A DNA stretch of 64,000 nt from Patescibacteria group bacterium (GCA_040386275.1 JAZKFU010000008.1:176219-240218), one strand, 5' to 3'. Shown: positions 1 through 10,288, numbered from the stretch's first letter. The notes: generated by a model not told the origin, from the letters alone. Translations and numbers: made by a program.

Positions 1-145
1 TGCCATCATACAATCGTTTTTCTATCTCAATGATGATGTTGGTGAGTTCTGTGGGTGTAGCACCAGCACGCCGTAGAGAACGGCGTAACTTTTCAATTTT
101 AAAGTACTCGGTACTTCCATCTGCTTTGGTTACCGTGATAGACAC
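1..145 (-). CDS. ATP-cone domain protein, N-terminal part (runs off window)
   Basis: Manual translation from a GTG overlapping the mnmA stop gives MSITVTKADGSTEYFKIEKLRRSLRRAG..., matching the ATP-cone pattern V.K.DG..E.F...K...S. Confidence 0.7.
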   Translation of the reverse strand, partial: MSITVTKADGSTEYFKIEKLRRSLRRAGATPTELTNIIIEIEKRLYDG

Positions 146-1206
146 TACAAGATGATACCACCTCCAATACACCTTTCACCTCGGTATAATACACAGGACT
201 GACCAGAAGCAATGGCTTCACTTTGTTGGGTTACTGTAAGAGTGATAGTAGTGTCGTCACTTTTTTCTACGGTTACCGTAAAGGGTTTTTGGCGATACCG
301 ACTTTGGGCTTGAAGCTCCTCTCCGATTTTTAATGTATCGGTAGTGACACACTGAATAAGCGTAATGGTTGATTGTGGTAATAGTATCGGTGCTGTTTCT
401 GAAACAGTGATGGTGTTGTGTACAGTATCTTTAGCTATTACATAGAGTGGCGCGCGATTGGGATTATGGTCATTAAGTATATAGCCTTGTCGTTGCCCGA
501 TGGTGTACACAAACGCTCCCTTATGCGTTCCAATTACTTCCCCCGATTCATTGAGCACACTACCCTCTTTCAAATCTATGTAATGTGATAGGAAATCAGG
601 AATATCAATGTGACCCAAAAAACATACACCCTGACTATCACGTTTGGTAGCCGTCAGTAACCCCGCAGCTAAAGCCTCTGCCCGAATCACATCCTTGGTG
701 CTGTTACCAACTGGAAATAATACTTCCTCTAAAATAGGTTTTGGTAGCGTCCAAAGAAAGTACGTCTGATCTTTCTGAGTATCCACTCCACGATGCATCT
801 CAACTCCTACTGTGCCCTGTATAGTCTGCGCGTAATGACCTGTTGCAATATAATCAGTGCCACGTTCTTTTGCAAAACGATAAAAAGCTCCAAACTTTAC
901 CTCCTTGTTACACATCACATCAGGGTTTGGGGTAAGACCCGCGCGGTAACTTTCAATAAAATAGTGTGCTACTGCATCCCTATATTCTGCTTCCGCATCA
1001 CAGGTAAGAAATGGAATTCCTAGTTTGGCTGCCACACGCATTGCGTCTAACCGTTCTTGTTCCCAGTTACATACCAAAAAATCCGGGTGCCAGACCTTGA
1101 TAAATACTCCGGTCACGGCGTACCCCTCTCGCTGTAGCCGTAACGCTGCAACCGAAGAGTCTACTCCGCCCGAGAGACCAACAAATACTTTTTTACCGTT
1201 CGTCAT
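145..1206 (-). CDS. mnmA: tRNA 2-thiouridylase MnmA
   Basis: SGGVDSS PP-loop, TPNPDVMCN, ATGHYA, KDQTYFL, DSQGVCF, GQSCVLY motifs. Confidence 0.97.
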   Translation of the reverse strand: MTNGKKVFVGLSGGVDSSVAALRLQREGYAVTGVFIKVWHPDFLVCNWEQERLDAMRVAAKLGIPFLTCDAEAEYRDAVAHYFIESYRAGLTPNPDVMCNKEVKFGAFYRFAKERGTDYIATGHYAQTIQGTVGVEMHRGVDTQKDQTYFLWTLPKPILEEVLFPVGNSTKDVIRAEALAAGLLTATKRDSQGVCFLGHIDIPDFLSHYIDLKEGSVLNESGEVIGTHKGAFVYTIGQRQGYILNDHNPNRAPLYVIAKDTVHNTITVSETAPILLPQSTITLIQCVTTDTLKIGEELQAQSRYRQKPFTVTVEKSDDTTITLTVTQQSEAIASGQSCVLYRGERCIGGGIIL

Positions 1207-1284
1207 ATGAGCAAAAGAATACCATAGTGTTGACTTATTGTGAAATATTATGTTTAATATAACCGAAACAGTAAGGAGGTCCCA

Positions 1285-1572
1285 ATGTCAGATGCCCCAA
1301 AAGTTGACTCAAAGATCCACAAACGTTTTCAGGACGTCGGAACCCTGATTACAAAACGAAATGAATTGGTTGAAGCACGTGCAGCTTCTTATTCCGCTTC
1401 ATTTTCATATGCAAATAATCGTGTAGGTGAAGCTGGCCGTTTTAACATTGAACTCGAAATGGATGAGCAAGAAAAGGTGAAAGAATTATTCATCTTGATA
1501 ATTGATGATAAGTTGCGGAAGATTGATGACCAACTGAGGAATCAAGGATTGGGTTCTCTCATTGAAGAATGA
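1285..1572 (+). CDS. hypothetical protein (stand-alone, SD-led)
   Basis: 95-aa ORF with AAGGAGG upstream, a TTGACT/TTTAAT promoter-like pair and its own terminator. Confidence 0.6.
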   Translation: MSDAPKVDSKIHKRFQDVGTLITKRNELVEARAASYSASFSYANNRVGEAGRFNIELEMDEQEKVKELFILIIDDKLRKIDDQLRNQGLGSLIEE

Positions 1573-1579
1573 ATGCATC

Positions 1580-1605
1580 AAGGCGGGTTTAACACCCCGC
1601 CTTTT
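1580..1605. terminator. intrinsic terminator between convergent genes
   Basis: AAGGCGGG...CCCGCCTT hairpin followed by T. Confidence 0.6.
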
Positions 1606-1608
1606 GTT

Positions 1609-2619
1609 CTATTTTAGGTAGAGAGCAATATTTTGCCTATGTCCATCAAAATCTTTGGCGTAATAAAATTTCCCGTCATTGCCAGTGATGTAAAACATAT
1701 ACTCAGATGGTGTTGGTTCCAGCACCGCCATGATAGCTTCCATGCCGGGGTTTCCAATGGCGGTTGGTGGTAGCCCGCGATATAGATAGGTGTTATACGG
1801 AGTATCAATTTTTAAATCTTCAGCCGTTAGTTCTTTAAGTGGCTTTTCAAGAATGTATTCCATTGAGGCATCCACTTGTAACGGCATATCAAGCATCAAG
1901 CGATTTTGTAAAATACCGGATACTAATTTCATTGAGTCAGATGAATTGGCTTCACGCTCGATAATGGAAGCGAGAATCACTACGTCGCGTTCTATTAGGT
2001 TACGATTACGCATTACTTCACGTAACGGGGCAATTTTTTCTTCATACATCTCGGTCATCAAAGTAAATAATTCAGTGGGGGTAAATGTTTTAGGGATGCG
2101 GTAGGTTTCAGGGAACAGAATACCTTCTGAGGTGCTTGCTAAATTCATAAATTCTTCCGCGGAAAAGTCCGTTAATTGAGTGCTAGCATTGACTGCAATT
2201 TCTTTTACCGGCTCCCCTTCACGATGAATAAACGGTACTAACAGTGAATTAAAATCACCCCGCACCAAGGCTGCGGCCACCGCGTACACATCATAGGGTT
2301 CAGTAAACACATAGGTACTGGCTTTTACGTCTTCAGGTTCGTATGAGGTAAGGAGCACAAAATATAAAAGTAAATCAGAGCGTACGACGCCCGCTTGTTC
2401 AAACTGTTTGGTAATCGCTGAAATGCTCGAACCGGGTACCACTTCAATTAAAGTGTTGAGGGGGAAATCAGCTGGTGGTGTTGCGAGGTGTTGTAGGTAA
2501 AAAAATCCGCCAATAAGGAGCACGATGACAAACAAAAGAAACAGCGACCCAAAAGATTTCTTTTTTGGTTGTGGTTCCCCGACAGTGCCTGATACGTACG
2601 AAAATTGATTACTAGACAT
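1609..2619 (-). CDS. mltG: endolytic transglycosylase MltG
   Basis: N-terminal TM; EGILFPETY, ASIIERE, LQVDAS, PYNTYLYRGLPPTAIGNPG motifs. Confidence 0.94.
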   Translation of the reverse strand: MSSNQFSYVSGTVGEPQPKKKSFGSLFLLFVIVLLIGGFFYLQHLATPPADFPLNTLIEVVPGSSISAITKQFEQAGVVRSDLLLYFVLLTSYEPEDVKASTYVFTEPYDVYAVAAALVRGDFNSLLVPFIHREGEPVKEIAVNASTQLTDFSAEEFMNLASTSEGILFPETYRIPKTFTPTELFTLMTEMYEEKIAPLREVMRNRNLIERDVVILASIIEREANSSDSMKLVSGILQNRLMLDMPLQVDASMEYILEKPLKELTAEDLKIDTPYNTYLYRGLPPTAIGNPGMEAIMAVLEPTPSEYMFYITGNDGKFYYAKDFDGHRQNIALYLK

Positions 2620-2625
2620 ACGTGA

Positions 2626-3951
2626 TTACATTGGTAAACCAGTCGGCAGATTAGCCGGTGCTTCTTTACGAGTTGAAGGGATACGAGCGAGACCAGGAGT
2701 CATAACGGTACTACTAGGGAGATGGAATACTGTCGCTAGTTCTTCCACCGACATAATCTGGATTTTCATTGAAGGATTGATTGATGTTCCATGCATCGGT
2801 TGTCGCATTTTATAGTGTTCTACTTCTTCTTTTTTGAGTCGCAATTTTTTCTTGCCTGAATAATCTTGGAACATGTTGTAGTCGTAATCAGTACGCCAGG
2901 CTACCCCAAGTTGGTTGCGACCAATCATATCGTACTGTGAAAAAGAGCGAATTAACGGACTAATCACGTTACCATCAAACGTGCCTTTCTTGGTAATATA
3001 AACCCAACGAATTCCTACTTCGTACGCGTATTTGCCCATGTGTCGTTCCATGGCTTCAATGACATTTCGCTCACCGGTTGTAAGTCGGGGTTGACTTTCA
3101 AGTTCTGCCGGACCAGTTTTATCATGTTCTCGACCCATGAGTTTATCGATTTTATCTTGAATAGCGTGTTCCCACGAGTCATGACCTTGGATGTGTCCAT
3201 TTTTGAAGGTCTTCTTAATATGTGGGATACACAGAAATTGAATCCAAATCCGTTCGTGAGGCTTAATGGTGCCGATATGTTCTATCATCGGTGCCATCGG
3301 ATCCAATTTAAATTCTTCTTTCGGCAGTTTGTCCATTCCAAAATCAATGTACGTTTTAATCGGAAATACCTCGTCCCCTTTTTGACGCATATGCAACGCA
3401 AACAAATCGTACTTTGAGTGATCAGGAATGATTTCAGCTGTGTAGTCAATTTCTTCTTCCACTACTTCTACACCTGGGTACTGCGCGTACAGTTGCGCTT
3501 CCACCGCATTTTTTACTTTCTTGGTGGGACAGTTGATATACAAACGAACATCACCTCCAATCGAAACGATTTCCAGTGACATAATAAGCGGATGCTTGCC
3601 GTCAATATAGGTTTGCCAGAGGTTATCTGATGATTGTGCGTTGTGTACTTGAGCTAGTACGTTTTCCATTGCTTCGGGAGATTTAAAAATTTCTGCCGGA
3701 ATTTTTATCCGGAGCGTAGATCGTCCTTGGCTAATGCGAAACTTTTTGTGTACGTACTCCATCCATTTTTCGTAGAGTAACCAAAACAGTACTACGGGTA
3801 GCCAAATCGGAGTAATGGCTATCATGATAGAAATAATTGGCGTAGCGTCTACACCCATCGCGGAAAAAGTGTACTGCATCACAAAGAACCCTGTTATCAA
3901 TAACAGTGGTGCTGCAATAATTCCAATCAATACTTTAAAGAGATCGCCCAT
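2626..3951 (-). CDS. membrane-anchored protein resembling the N-terminal region of Patescibacteria VirD4/TraD-like proteins
   Basis: Two N-terminal TMs; SLEIVS, QLYAQYPGVEV, EELATVFHLP motifs (family recalled, not searched). Confidence 0.55.
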   Translation of the reverse strand: MGDLFKVLIGIIAAPLLLITGFFVMQYTFSAMGVDATPIISIMIAITPIWLPVVLFWLLYEKWMEYVHKKFRISQGRSTLRIKIPAEIFKSPEAMENVLAQVHNAQSSDNLWQTYIDGKHPLIMSLEIVSIGGDVRLYINCPTKKVKNAVEAQLYAQYPGVEVVEEEIDYTAEIIPDHSKYDLFALHMRQKGDEVFPIKTYIDFGMDKLPKEEFKLDPMAPMIEHIGTIKPHERIWIQFLCIPHIKKTFKNGHIQGHDSWEHAIQDKIDKLMGREHDKTGPAELESQPRLTTGERNVIEAMERHMGKYAYEVGIRWVYITKKGTFDGNVISPLIRSFSQYDMIGRNQLGVAWRTDYDYNMFQDYSGKKKLRLKKEEVEHYKMRQPMHGTSINPSMKIQIMSVEELATVFHLPSSTVMTPGLARIPSTRKEAPANLPTGLPM

Positions 3952-4050
3952 AATTGTGATGTAATTGTACCTTATAGTACGCCGATTTGTCTCTGCTATT
4001 CACCAAATACTACAAAATTAATACAGTATTGTTTTTTAGAAATTATCTCA

Positions 4051-4253
4051 ATTTTGTGTCCAGAGGCGAGGGCATTTCTAGGCGTGTAAGAAAAATTTTT
4101 TGAGCCGTACATTGGTACGGTGAAATAAATTTTATCGCAACTTGTCCAGCGATTTTCCCAAGTGAAGAAAAAATCGGGACAGAAATTCAGAATTGTCGCT
4201 ACGCTCTGTTCTTCATTCCACAACGAAATGCTCCGTCTATGGATACAAAATTA
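4051..4253 (+). repeat. ERIC-like palindromic element, copy A (with extra internal hairpin)
   Basis: Outer arms 4051-4078 and 4225-4251; core GAG-CCGTAC-ATTG-GTACGG-TGA at 4102-4123. Confidence 0.8.
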
Positions 4254-5276
4254 GTCGGCTAGAGTGTAGGTTCCATTACTCAATCGTTTAAACAAGTTTG
4301 CGTCCTGAAGATTTACGACAATGGTATTATCCTTCACGTATCGTTCTTTACGAACTTTATCAATTAATTCTTCACGTGATAGTGGACCATCGTTAGCGAG
4401 AATTTCTCGGAGTACATCTTTTACTACGCCGGCAGTGTAGCCCCATTCAGTCAACGCGTAGAGTCCACGACCAACCAGTACAAATCGCGCGTCTTTAATG
4501 AGTTCGTTGTGTGTAGTTGCTACGTGGGCTTTATGTTTAAAAAGTTCCTTAATAGATTCTGACACTTCTTTAAAGTGCATCGGTGAACCATGACGCTTAA
4601 CTGCGAGGTACGCGTAATCACGAATTCCTTTTACGCGCACATTTGGACTGTCACTTGGACCCCAATCACCAAGTGGATTTTGGGCAATTTGTTTTGAAAT
4701 TGAAAGCCATCGCTTGAGGGTTTGATCATCATGCTTGTCAGCAATTTCAATTAATTCAGCGCGGAAGCGGTTAAGAATTTCTTGTTCAGACACCAAATCA
4801 TCACGATTGAGTGTGCCGTGTACATTTTTGAGTGCACGCTCTACGGTTTCGGCTACTTTCTTTTCGGTAAACCAACGGTGGGCGTAGAGAGGATTTTCTT
4901 TGCCTTTGTAAAACGCGTCACCTACTACTAAGATGAAGTAAAGGTGATTACGAGTTGATTCGTCTGGTGCGAGATTATCAAGCAGTACGTGTTCAGCGAC
5001 CACACCACCACCAAGTTGGTTGATGAGATCATGGAGTTCAGCGAACAAGTCAGCGTGTTCAGCGTACACGGGAGATTTTTGAATTGACGCAATACCGTAG
5101 TTTTCGATTTGACGAACTCGTTCCCGAGTGATGCCATATGATTGTCCGATAGCTTCCAGCGTAAAAGTCTCGTTATCAGCGCCAAGGCCATAACGTTTTG
5201 TAAGGACATCACGTGCCCGTTCAGGCAGTGCTGCGAGTAGTTTTTTTGTTACTTGTTTTGGTTTGAACGTAATCAT
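4251..5276 (-). CDS. sigma-70 region 4 HTH / HARE-HTH (RNAP delta-like) domain protein
   Basis: TLEAIGQSYGITRERVRQIE (sigma r4); C-terminal PMHFKEV...HNELIKDARFVLVGRGLYALTEW; start moved to MITFKP. Confidence 0.75.
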   Translation of the reverse strand: MITFKPKQVTKKLLAALPERARDVLTKRYGLGADNETFTLEAIGQSYGITRERVRQIENYGIASIQKSPVYAEHADLFAELHDLINQLGGGVVAEHVLLDNLAPDESTRNHLYFILVVGDAFYKGKENPLYAHRWFTEKKVAETVERALKNVHGTLNRDDLVSEQEILNRFRAELIEIADKHDDQTLKRWLSISKQIAQNPLGDWGPSDSPNVRVKGIRDYAYLAVKRHGSPMHFKEVSESIKELFKHKAHVATTHNELIKDARFVLVGRGLYALTEWGYTAGVVKDVLREILANDGPLSREELIDKVRKERYVKDNTIVVNLQDANLFKRLSNGTYTLAD

Positions 5277-5370
5277 ACTTGGTGCTAAAGCTTGATAATT
5301 AAGAGTTTCCTCAAAGTGAGTATGTATATTTATATCATGGCATTTACTAAACGTCAAATGCTTTGTCCTC

Positions 5371-8214
5371 TTATTGTAATAACAAATTGAGGATTCGTCC
5401 TGGTACGTAAATAACTTTTTTGAGGGTTCCGCTCAGTAATTTTTCTTGTAATAACGGGTTATCTTGGACAGCATTTAACGCTTCTCCTTCCGTAGCGTCC
5501 GGGGCAATGGTGATATTCCCTCGTAATTTACCGTTAATTTGCACGCCAATAACGACAGTTTCATCAATAGCGAGCGTCATATCGGCTACGGGGAAGGTTT
5601 CGGTGTGGACAGAACAAGTGTGTCCAAGCTGAGTCCAGATTTCTTCAGTCAAATGAGGTGCAAACGGAGCGAGAATCCGAACAAATAACTCATATGAGGC
5701 TTTGGTAATACTGCCCTTTTCAGCCAGGTTTACCAAAATCATCATCGCGGAAATAGCGGTGTTATATTTGAATTCCAGAATATCAGTCCCTACTTTTGCG
5801 ATAGTTTTATGGAGCTGGCGAGTAAGTTCTGTTGGTTCAGAATCACCAATATGGTCTACCAGTCCATACACCCGCTCCAAGAACCGTCGCACGCCAGCAA
5901 TGCCTCCAAAGTCCCACGGGTAGCTACTATCAGCGTACGGACCCATAAACGCCAGATAGATTTTTACTGTATCAGCACCAACAAGTGCTACTTGTGCATC
6001 GGGGTCAACCACGTTGCCTTTACTCTTACTCATTTTGTTACCGTCCGGACCCAAAATCATGCCGTGATTCACACGTTGCTTATATGGTTCACTTTCAGTG
6101 ACGAGACCTAAGTCAAAGAGCGCCTTTTGCCAAAATCGTGAATAGAGTAAGTGCATGGTGGTGTGTTCAGCGCCACCAAAATACATATCAATCGGCATCC
6201 ATTCCTTTTGCGCTTCAAGGGAGGCAAGACCTCCTTCGTTTTTGTTATCAAGGTAGCGCAAGAAATACCACGATGAATCAACAAACGTATCCATGGTTTC
6301 TACTTCAGGAGTCCACCCCGAACCAAAGATTTCTTCAGTTCGTTTTTTAAGCGCTTCACTTTTAGCGAGAGGTGCAACCCCGGTTGGTTTAAAATCTACA
6401 TCCTCTGGCAGTACCCACGGTAAATGTTCTTTGGGAACAATATGCGCTTCTCCTGTTGGAGAATAGACAATCGGAATCGGCACGCCCCAATACCGTTGCC
6501 GACCAATAGACCAATCACGCAACCGAAAGGTTGAGGTCATCTCACCGCCCACCTTGGCAACAATTTTTTCTTTAGCCTCTTCCGAATCCATCCCATCAAA
6601 TTCATCGGAGTTTATTAAATATCCATCGCCTGTAATGGCTGATTCTTTTTGTAGCATTTGCCACACTTGTTTTTGGTGGTCAGGAGTTAGTTTTGCAAGC
6701 ACTTCTTTCTCGTCTACCCAAACAAGTGTATGTATTGCTGATTCTGATTCTGGTATGACACCTTGTTCGTTTAGATTCTCAACTTCACCTAAAAATGCGT
6801 ACGTGTGGGCACAACGGTTTTGTTGCTTGTGTGAAGCACAGTATTTAGCAGCAGTAATCCATTTTAATTTTGAAACAATAGTTACTCTGTTGAGAGCTGC
6901 TTCCTCATTCATTTCCGCCAACGCTGCTTCTTCCGGAGTTTGTCCATTTTCAATACCACCCATGATTGCAGTAGTTATACCCTCAAGAGTGCCGTGCCAA
7001 TTAAGGAGTGCGAATTTACCGGTACTTTTGTCTCTGAGATGAATAATAACGGTGTCGCGTTTTACTTCTTTAAATTCCGGTCTTGGTGGATTCTTTGAAT
7101 CATCTGCGCAAGGGACGATAACTTGTTTAATCGGCAATCCAAACTTAGTAGCAAAGGCGTAATCTCGCTCATCGTGCGCGGGTACAGCCATAATAGCGCC
7201 GGTGCCATAACCGCCTAGTACATAATCAGCCACATACACAGGAATCTGTTCCCCGCTGGCTGGATTGGTCGCTGTTATACCAGAGAGTACCACCCCGGTT
7301 TTCTCTTTAGTGGCGTCGAGTCTATCCTGTTCATCCTTTTGCGTAGCTGTTTTTACATATGCATCAACGTCCGCTAAGTTCGAGGTCTCGCCTCGAACTT
7401 CTGATTTGCTGAGTAACGGGTGTTCGGGGGCAAGTACTAAGTACGTAGCGCCAAATAATGTGTCAGGTCGAGTGGTAAATACCGTTACAACATCGCCAGT
7501 TGAGAGGGTGAAGTTTATTTTTGCTCCCTTACTGCGACCAATCCATTGGCGTTGCGCTTCTTTGATATGGTCTGGCCAGGCTACGGTGTCTAAATCATCA
7601 ATTAATCTATCTGCATAGTCGGTGATTTTCATCATCCACTGTGGCATTTCGCGTTTTTCAATCACATCACCCGATCGCTCACAGGTGCCATCGGTTAACA
7701 CTTGTTCATTGGCAACCGCCGTATTACATCCCGGACACCAGTTCACAATACCTTTACCTCGATAGGCAATACTTTTTTCGAAAAATTGGGTAAACATCCA
7801 CTGCGTCCATTTGTAGTAGTCTTGATCGGTTGAATTAGTAGTTTTGTCCCAACTAAACATGTTACCCATGCGTTCGAGCTGTTCACGCATAAAGGCCATA
7901 TTTTCATAGGTCCAATCTTTGGGATTGAGGTTACGTTTAATAGCAGCATTTTCAGCCGGAAGACCAAAGGCATCAAATCCAATCGGATACAGTACCTGGT
8001 GACCACTCATACGTTTATAGCGCGCGTAAATATCGGGTACAGCAAACGCATACCAGTGGCCAATATGTAAATTGCCTGAAGGGTACGGCCATTCTACGAG
8101 GACGTAGGACTTTGGCTTTGATCGATCGCGCTCCCCTACATTGTATATACCTGATTCTTTCCAAATGGCTTGCCATTTCTTTTCTATCTCACCAGAATCA
8201 AATTTTTTGTGCAT
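5371..8214 (-). CDS. leuS: leucine--tRNA ligase with inserted NUDIX-like domain
   Basis: PYPSGNLHIGH, FTTRPDT, GTGAIMAVPAHDERD, RQRYWGVPIP, KMSKS. Confidence 0.98.
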   Translation of the reverse strand: MHKKFDSGEIEKKWQAIWKESGIYNVGERDRSKPKSYVLVEWPYPSGNLHIGHWYAFAVPDIYARYKRMSGHQVLYPIGFDAFGLPAENAAIKRNLNPKDWTYENMAFMREQLERMGNMFSWDKTTNSTDQDYYKWTQWMFTQFFEKSIAYRGKGIVNWCPGCNTAVANEQVLTDGTCERSGDVIEKREMPQWMMKITDYADRLIDDLDTVAWPDHIKEAQRQWIGRSKGAKINFTLSTGDVVTVFTTRPDTLFGATYLVLAPEHPLLSKSEVRGETSNLADVDAYVKTATQKDEQDRLDATKEKTGVVLSGITATNPASGEQIPVYVADYVLGGYGTGAIMAVPAHDERDYAFATKFGLPIKQVIVPCADDSKNPPRPEFKEVKRDTVIIHLRDKSTGKFALLNWHGTLEGITTAIMGGIENGQTPEEAALAEMNEEAALNRVTIVSKLKWITAAKYCASHKQQNRCAHTYAFLGEVENLNEQGVIPESESAIHTLVWVDEKEVLAKLTPDHQKQVWQMLQKESAITGDGYLINSDEFDGMDSEEAKEKIVAKVGGEMTSTFRLRDWSIGRQRYWGVPIPIVYSPTGEAHIVPKEHLPWVLPEDVDFKPTGVAPLAKSEALKKRTEEIFGSGWTPEVETMDTFVDSSWYFLRYLDNKNEGGLASLEAQKEWMPIDMYFGGAEHTTMHLLYSRFWQKALFDLGLVTESEPYKQRVNHGMILGPDGNKMSKSKGNVVDPDAQVALVGADTVKIYLAFMGPYADSSYPWDFGGIAGVRRFLERVYGLVDHIGDSEPTELTRQLHKTIAKVGTDILEFKYNTAISAMMILVNLAEKGSITKASYELFVRILAPFAPHLTEEIWTQLGHTCSVHTETFPVADMTLAIDETVVIGVQINGKLRGNITIAPDATEGEALNAVQDNPLLQEKLLSGTLKKVIYVPGRILNLLLQ
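7376..7400. repeat. REP-like palindrome inside leuS
   Basis: AAGTTCGAGG-TCTCG-CCTCGAACTT with perfect 10-bp arms; right arm identical to the REP arm at 55453-55462. Confidence 0.8.
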
Positions 8215-8352
8215 ACAATGGTATTACGCGTGTTAGGAATAGATTCACATTATGTCTTTAGTTTCTTAAATAGTCAAAGACGCTCCATAAAAATGAAGCG
8301 TCGTAGTTTTACCGTTGTTCGTGTATGCACGAATCTATTGTATGAGTTGTAG

Positions 8353-8454
8353 TTACGCAAGTGCCCTCATAATCAGAATACTGCCGGCTGCCACCAGCAA
8401 TAGTATACTCCAGGTCGAGATGTCGATATTGCGTAACCGTTTAAACACCCGCAT
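8353..8454 (-). CDS. small membrane protein (33 aa)
   Basis: MRVFKRLRNIDISTWSILLLVAAGSILIMRALA; GGGAGG SD; downstream hairpin 8279-8302. Confidence 0.55.
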   Translation of the reverse strand: MRVFKRLRNIDISTWSILLLVAAGSILIMRALA

Positions 8455-8569
8455 GGCGCACCTCCCTCTTTGTACCAGCCTTACTTTATTTTACAATATC
8501 AGTATTATTTGTAAATAGAAAACAAGCGTTTGTATATTAAAATAACCACTAGTGGGTTCGAGTGACTTT

Positions 8570-8938
8570 TTATACGATAAGTTCTTTTACACGCTTTACT
8601 AACTCATCAAGACTAGTGTGCGCTTTTACAATGTAGTCTTCGAGCTTTGCTTCATGAGCATGACCAATATTGGCCACGTCATCCATGGCGGAAAGTACAA
8701 CTACGTGAGCGGTTTGGCCCCACGGGTCTTGGCGGAGACGTCGTAACATTTCGTGCCCATCCATAATCGGCATCATCAAGTCCATTAAAATTAAATCTGG
8801 TTTTTCAGCTACGGCAAATTCTAAACCAGTTGCACCATCAGGAGCAGCAGACACATTAAACCCACCTTCAGTTAATGCTTCAACCATTGCCTCTCGTAGG
8901 TCCGGTTCATCTTCAACAATTAGAATATGCTTACTCAT
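8570..8938 (-). CDS. single-domain response regulator
   Basis: ILIVEDE, DLILMDLMMPIMDG, YIVK; TATACT 7 nt before the ATG. Confidence 0.92.
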   Translation of the reverse strand: MSKHILIVEDEPDLREAMVEALTEGGFNVSAAPDGATGLEFAVAEKPDLILMDLMMPIMDGHEMLRRLRQDPWGQTAHVVVLSAMDDVANIGHAHEAKLEDYIVKAHTSLDELVKRVKELIV

Positions 8939-9016
8939 TGTCGAAAGTATACCACAGCTTTTACGCTGCAATATATACAATGATTCACATGAGAACGTGA
9001 TGAAAGATGATACGAT

Positions 9017-10288
9017 ATGATTATGGAGGTTTCGATTAGTGATACCACAGCCCATCGATTACGAAATATTTTTATACTAGTGGTTTTTACCATTATTTTT
9101 GCCAGTGTCACGGCTATGGGCACGGTATTTTTGATACCCTATAGTTTAATTTGGCAAACCGCAATCTTCTTTTTCCTACTCCTTTTATACTTGGGATTGT
9201 ATGGTTCACCTGACGAAGAGCTTAAAAAAAATCATGAGGGTCAAATTCATGCCTCGCGAGAGTTGTATGCTACTTTGTATAAACAAAGCCCGGTTCCCTA
9301 CCTCACCCTGGATGAAAAAGGTAAGGTCACAACCTGTAACCAAGCCGCATTACGGCTACTACAAACAAACTCTGAAACTATTTTTGGCACTACCATTATT
9401 GATCGGTTAAGTAATCCGGACGACAATGTGTTGTCAGTTACTTTGGGTAAACTACAAGCCAATGTTTCGTTTTTTGATACTGAATTTGAAATCACAACCT
9501 ATACTGACGAAAAGCGCTGGGTGTCAGTGTCGTTGTTTGTAAATGAGACGTTTAACCAACGATTAGTTTCATTAGTTGATATGACGCATCGTAAACAAAT
9601 TGATACCGCTAAAACAGAATTCGTGGCCTTGGCTACTCACCAATTACGAACCCCCATTGCGGCGATTCGCTGGAACGTTGAATTGCTGGAACGATCATTG
9701 CGAACCGTAACGAACGACAAGCAGAAGAATTACATTGATAAAATAACGCGCAACGTCAGTCGTATGCTCGCTTTAATCAACGACTTTTTAAGTGTTTCAA
9801 AATTGGAAACGGGGACTTTTGCTACCACGTACGAAACCATTAGTGTTCGAGAATATATGGAAGCGATTATTGACGAGTACCAGCAAGCAGTGACCGAAAA
9901 GCAAATTAACCTTATTCGTTCGTTTGAGCCGGCTGATTTGCAGATGAGTACTGATACCCGGTTATTCCACATTATTACCAGTAACTTGCTCTCAAACGCG
10001 GTGAAATACGTTCAAAATAACGCCACTATTCAAGTGAGTTATGTTGTATCAAATAATGCCCTGGTTTTTACATTGGCTGATACGGGTATTGGTATTCCGA
10101 CCGAACAATTAGAACGATTGTTCACCAAATTCTTCCGGGCGAGTAATGCCTTGCTCCATCGGGCGGAAGGTACTGGGTTAGGGTTATATATTGTGAAGGA
10201 ATCAGTTGAGATATTGGGCGGTATTATTGAAGTAAATTCAATTGAAAATCAAGGCACCACCTTTGTGGTCACTATCCCTATTCCGTAA
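9017..10288 (+). CDS. PAS-domain sensor histidine kinase
   Basis: 2 TMs, PAS-like segment, THQLRTP H-box, NLLSNAVKY, DTGIGI, GTGLGL. Confidence 0.93.
   Translation: MIMEVSISDTTAHRLRNIFILVVFTIIFASVTAMGTVFLIPYSLIWQTAIFFFLLLLYLGLYGSPDEELKKNHEGQIHASRELYATLYKQSPVPYLTLDEKGKVTTCNQAALRLLQTNSETIFGTTIIDRLSNPDDNVLSVTLGKLQANVSFFDTEFEITTYTDEKRWVSVSLFVNETFNQRLVSLVDMTHRKQIDTAKTEFVALATHQLRTPIAAIRWNVELLERSLRTVTNDKQKNYIDKITRNVSRMLALINDFLSVSKLETGTFATTYETISVREYMEAIIDEYQQAVTEKQINLIRSFEPADLQMSTDTRLFHIITSNLLSNAVKYVQNNATIQVSYVVSNNALVFTLADTGIGIPTEQLERLFTKFFRASNALLHRAEGTGLGLYIVKESVEILGGIIEVNSIENQGTTFVVTIPIP

Noticed and set aside
3996-4223. Short ORFs over ERIC-like copies (also 13731-13940, 27306-27494, 57583-57837)
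   Set aside because: They coincide with the palindromic repeats and lack start signals or protein-like features
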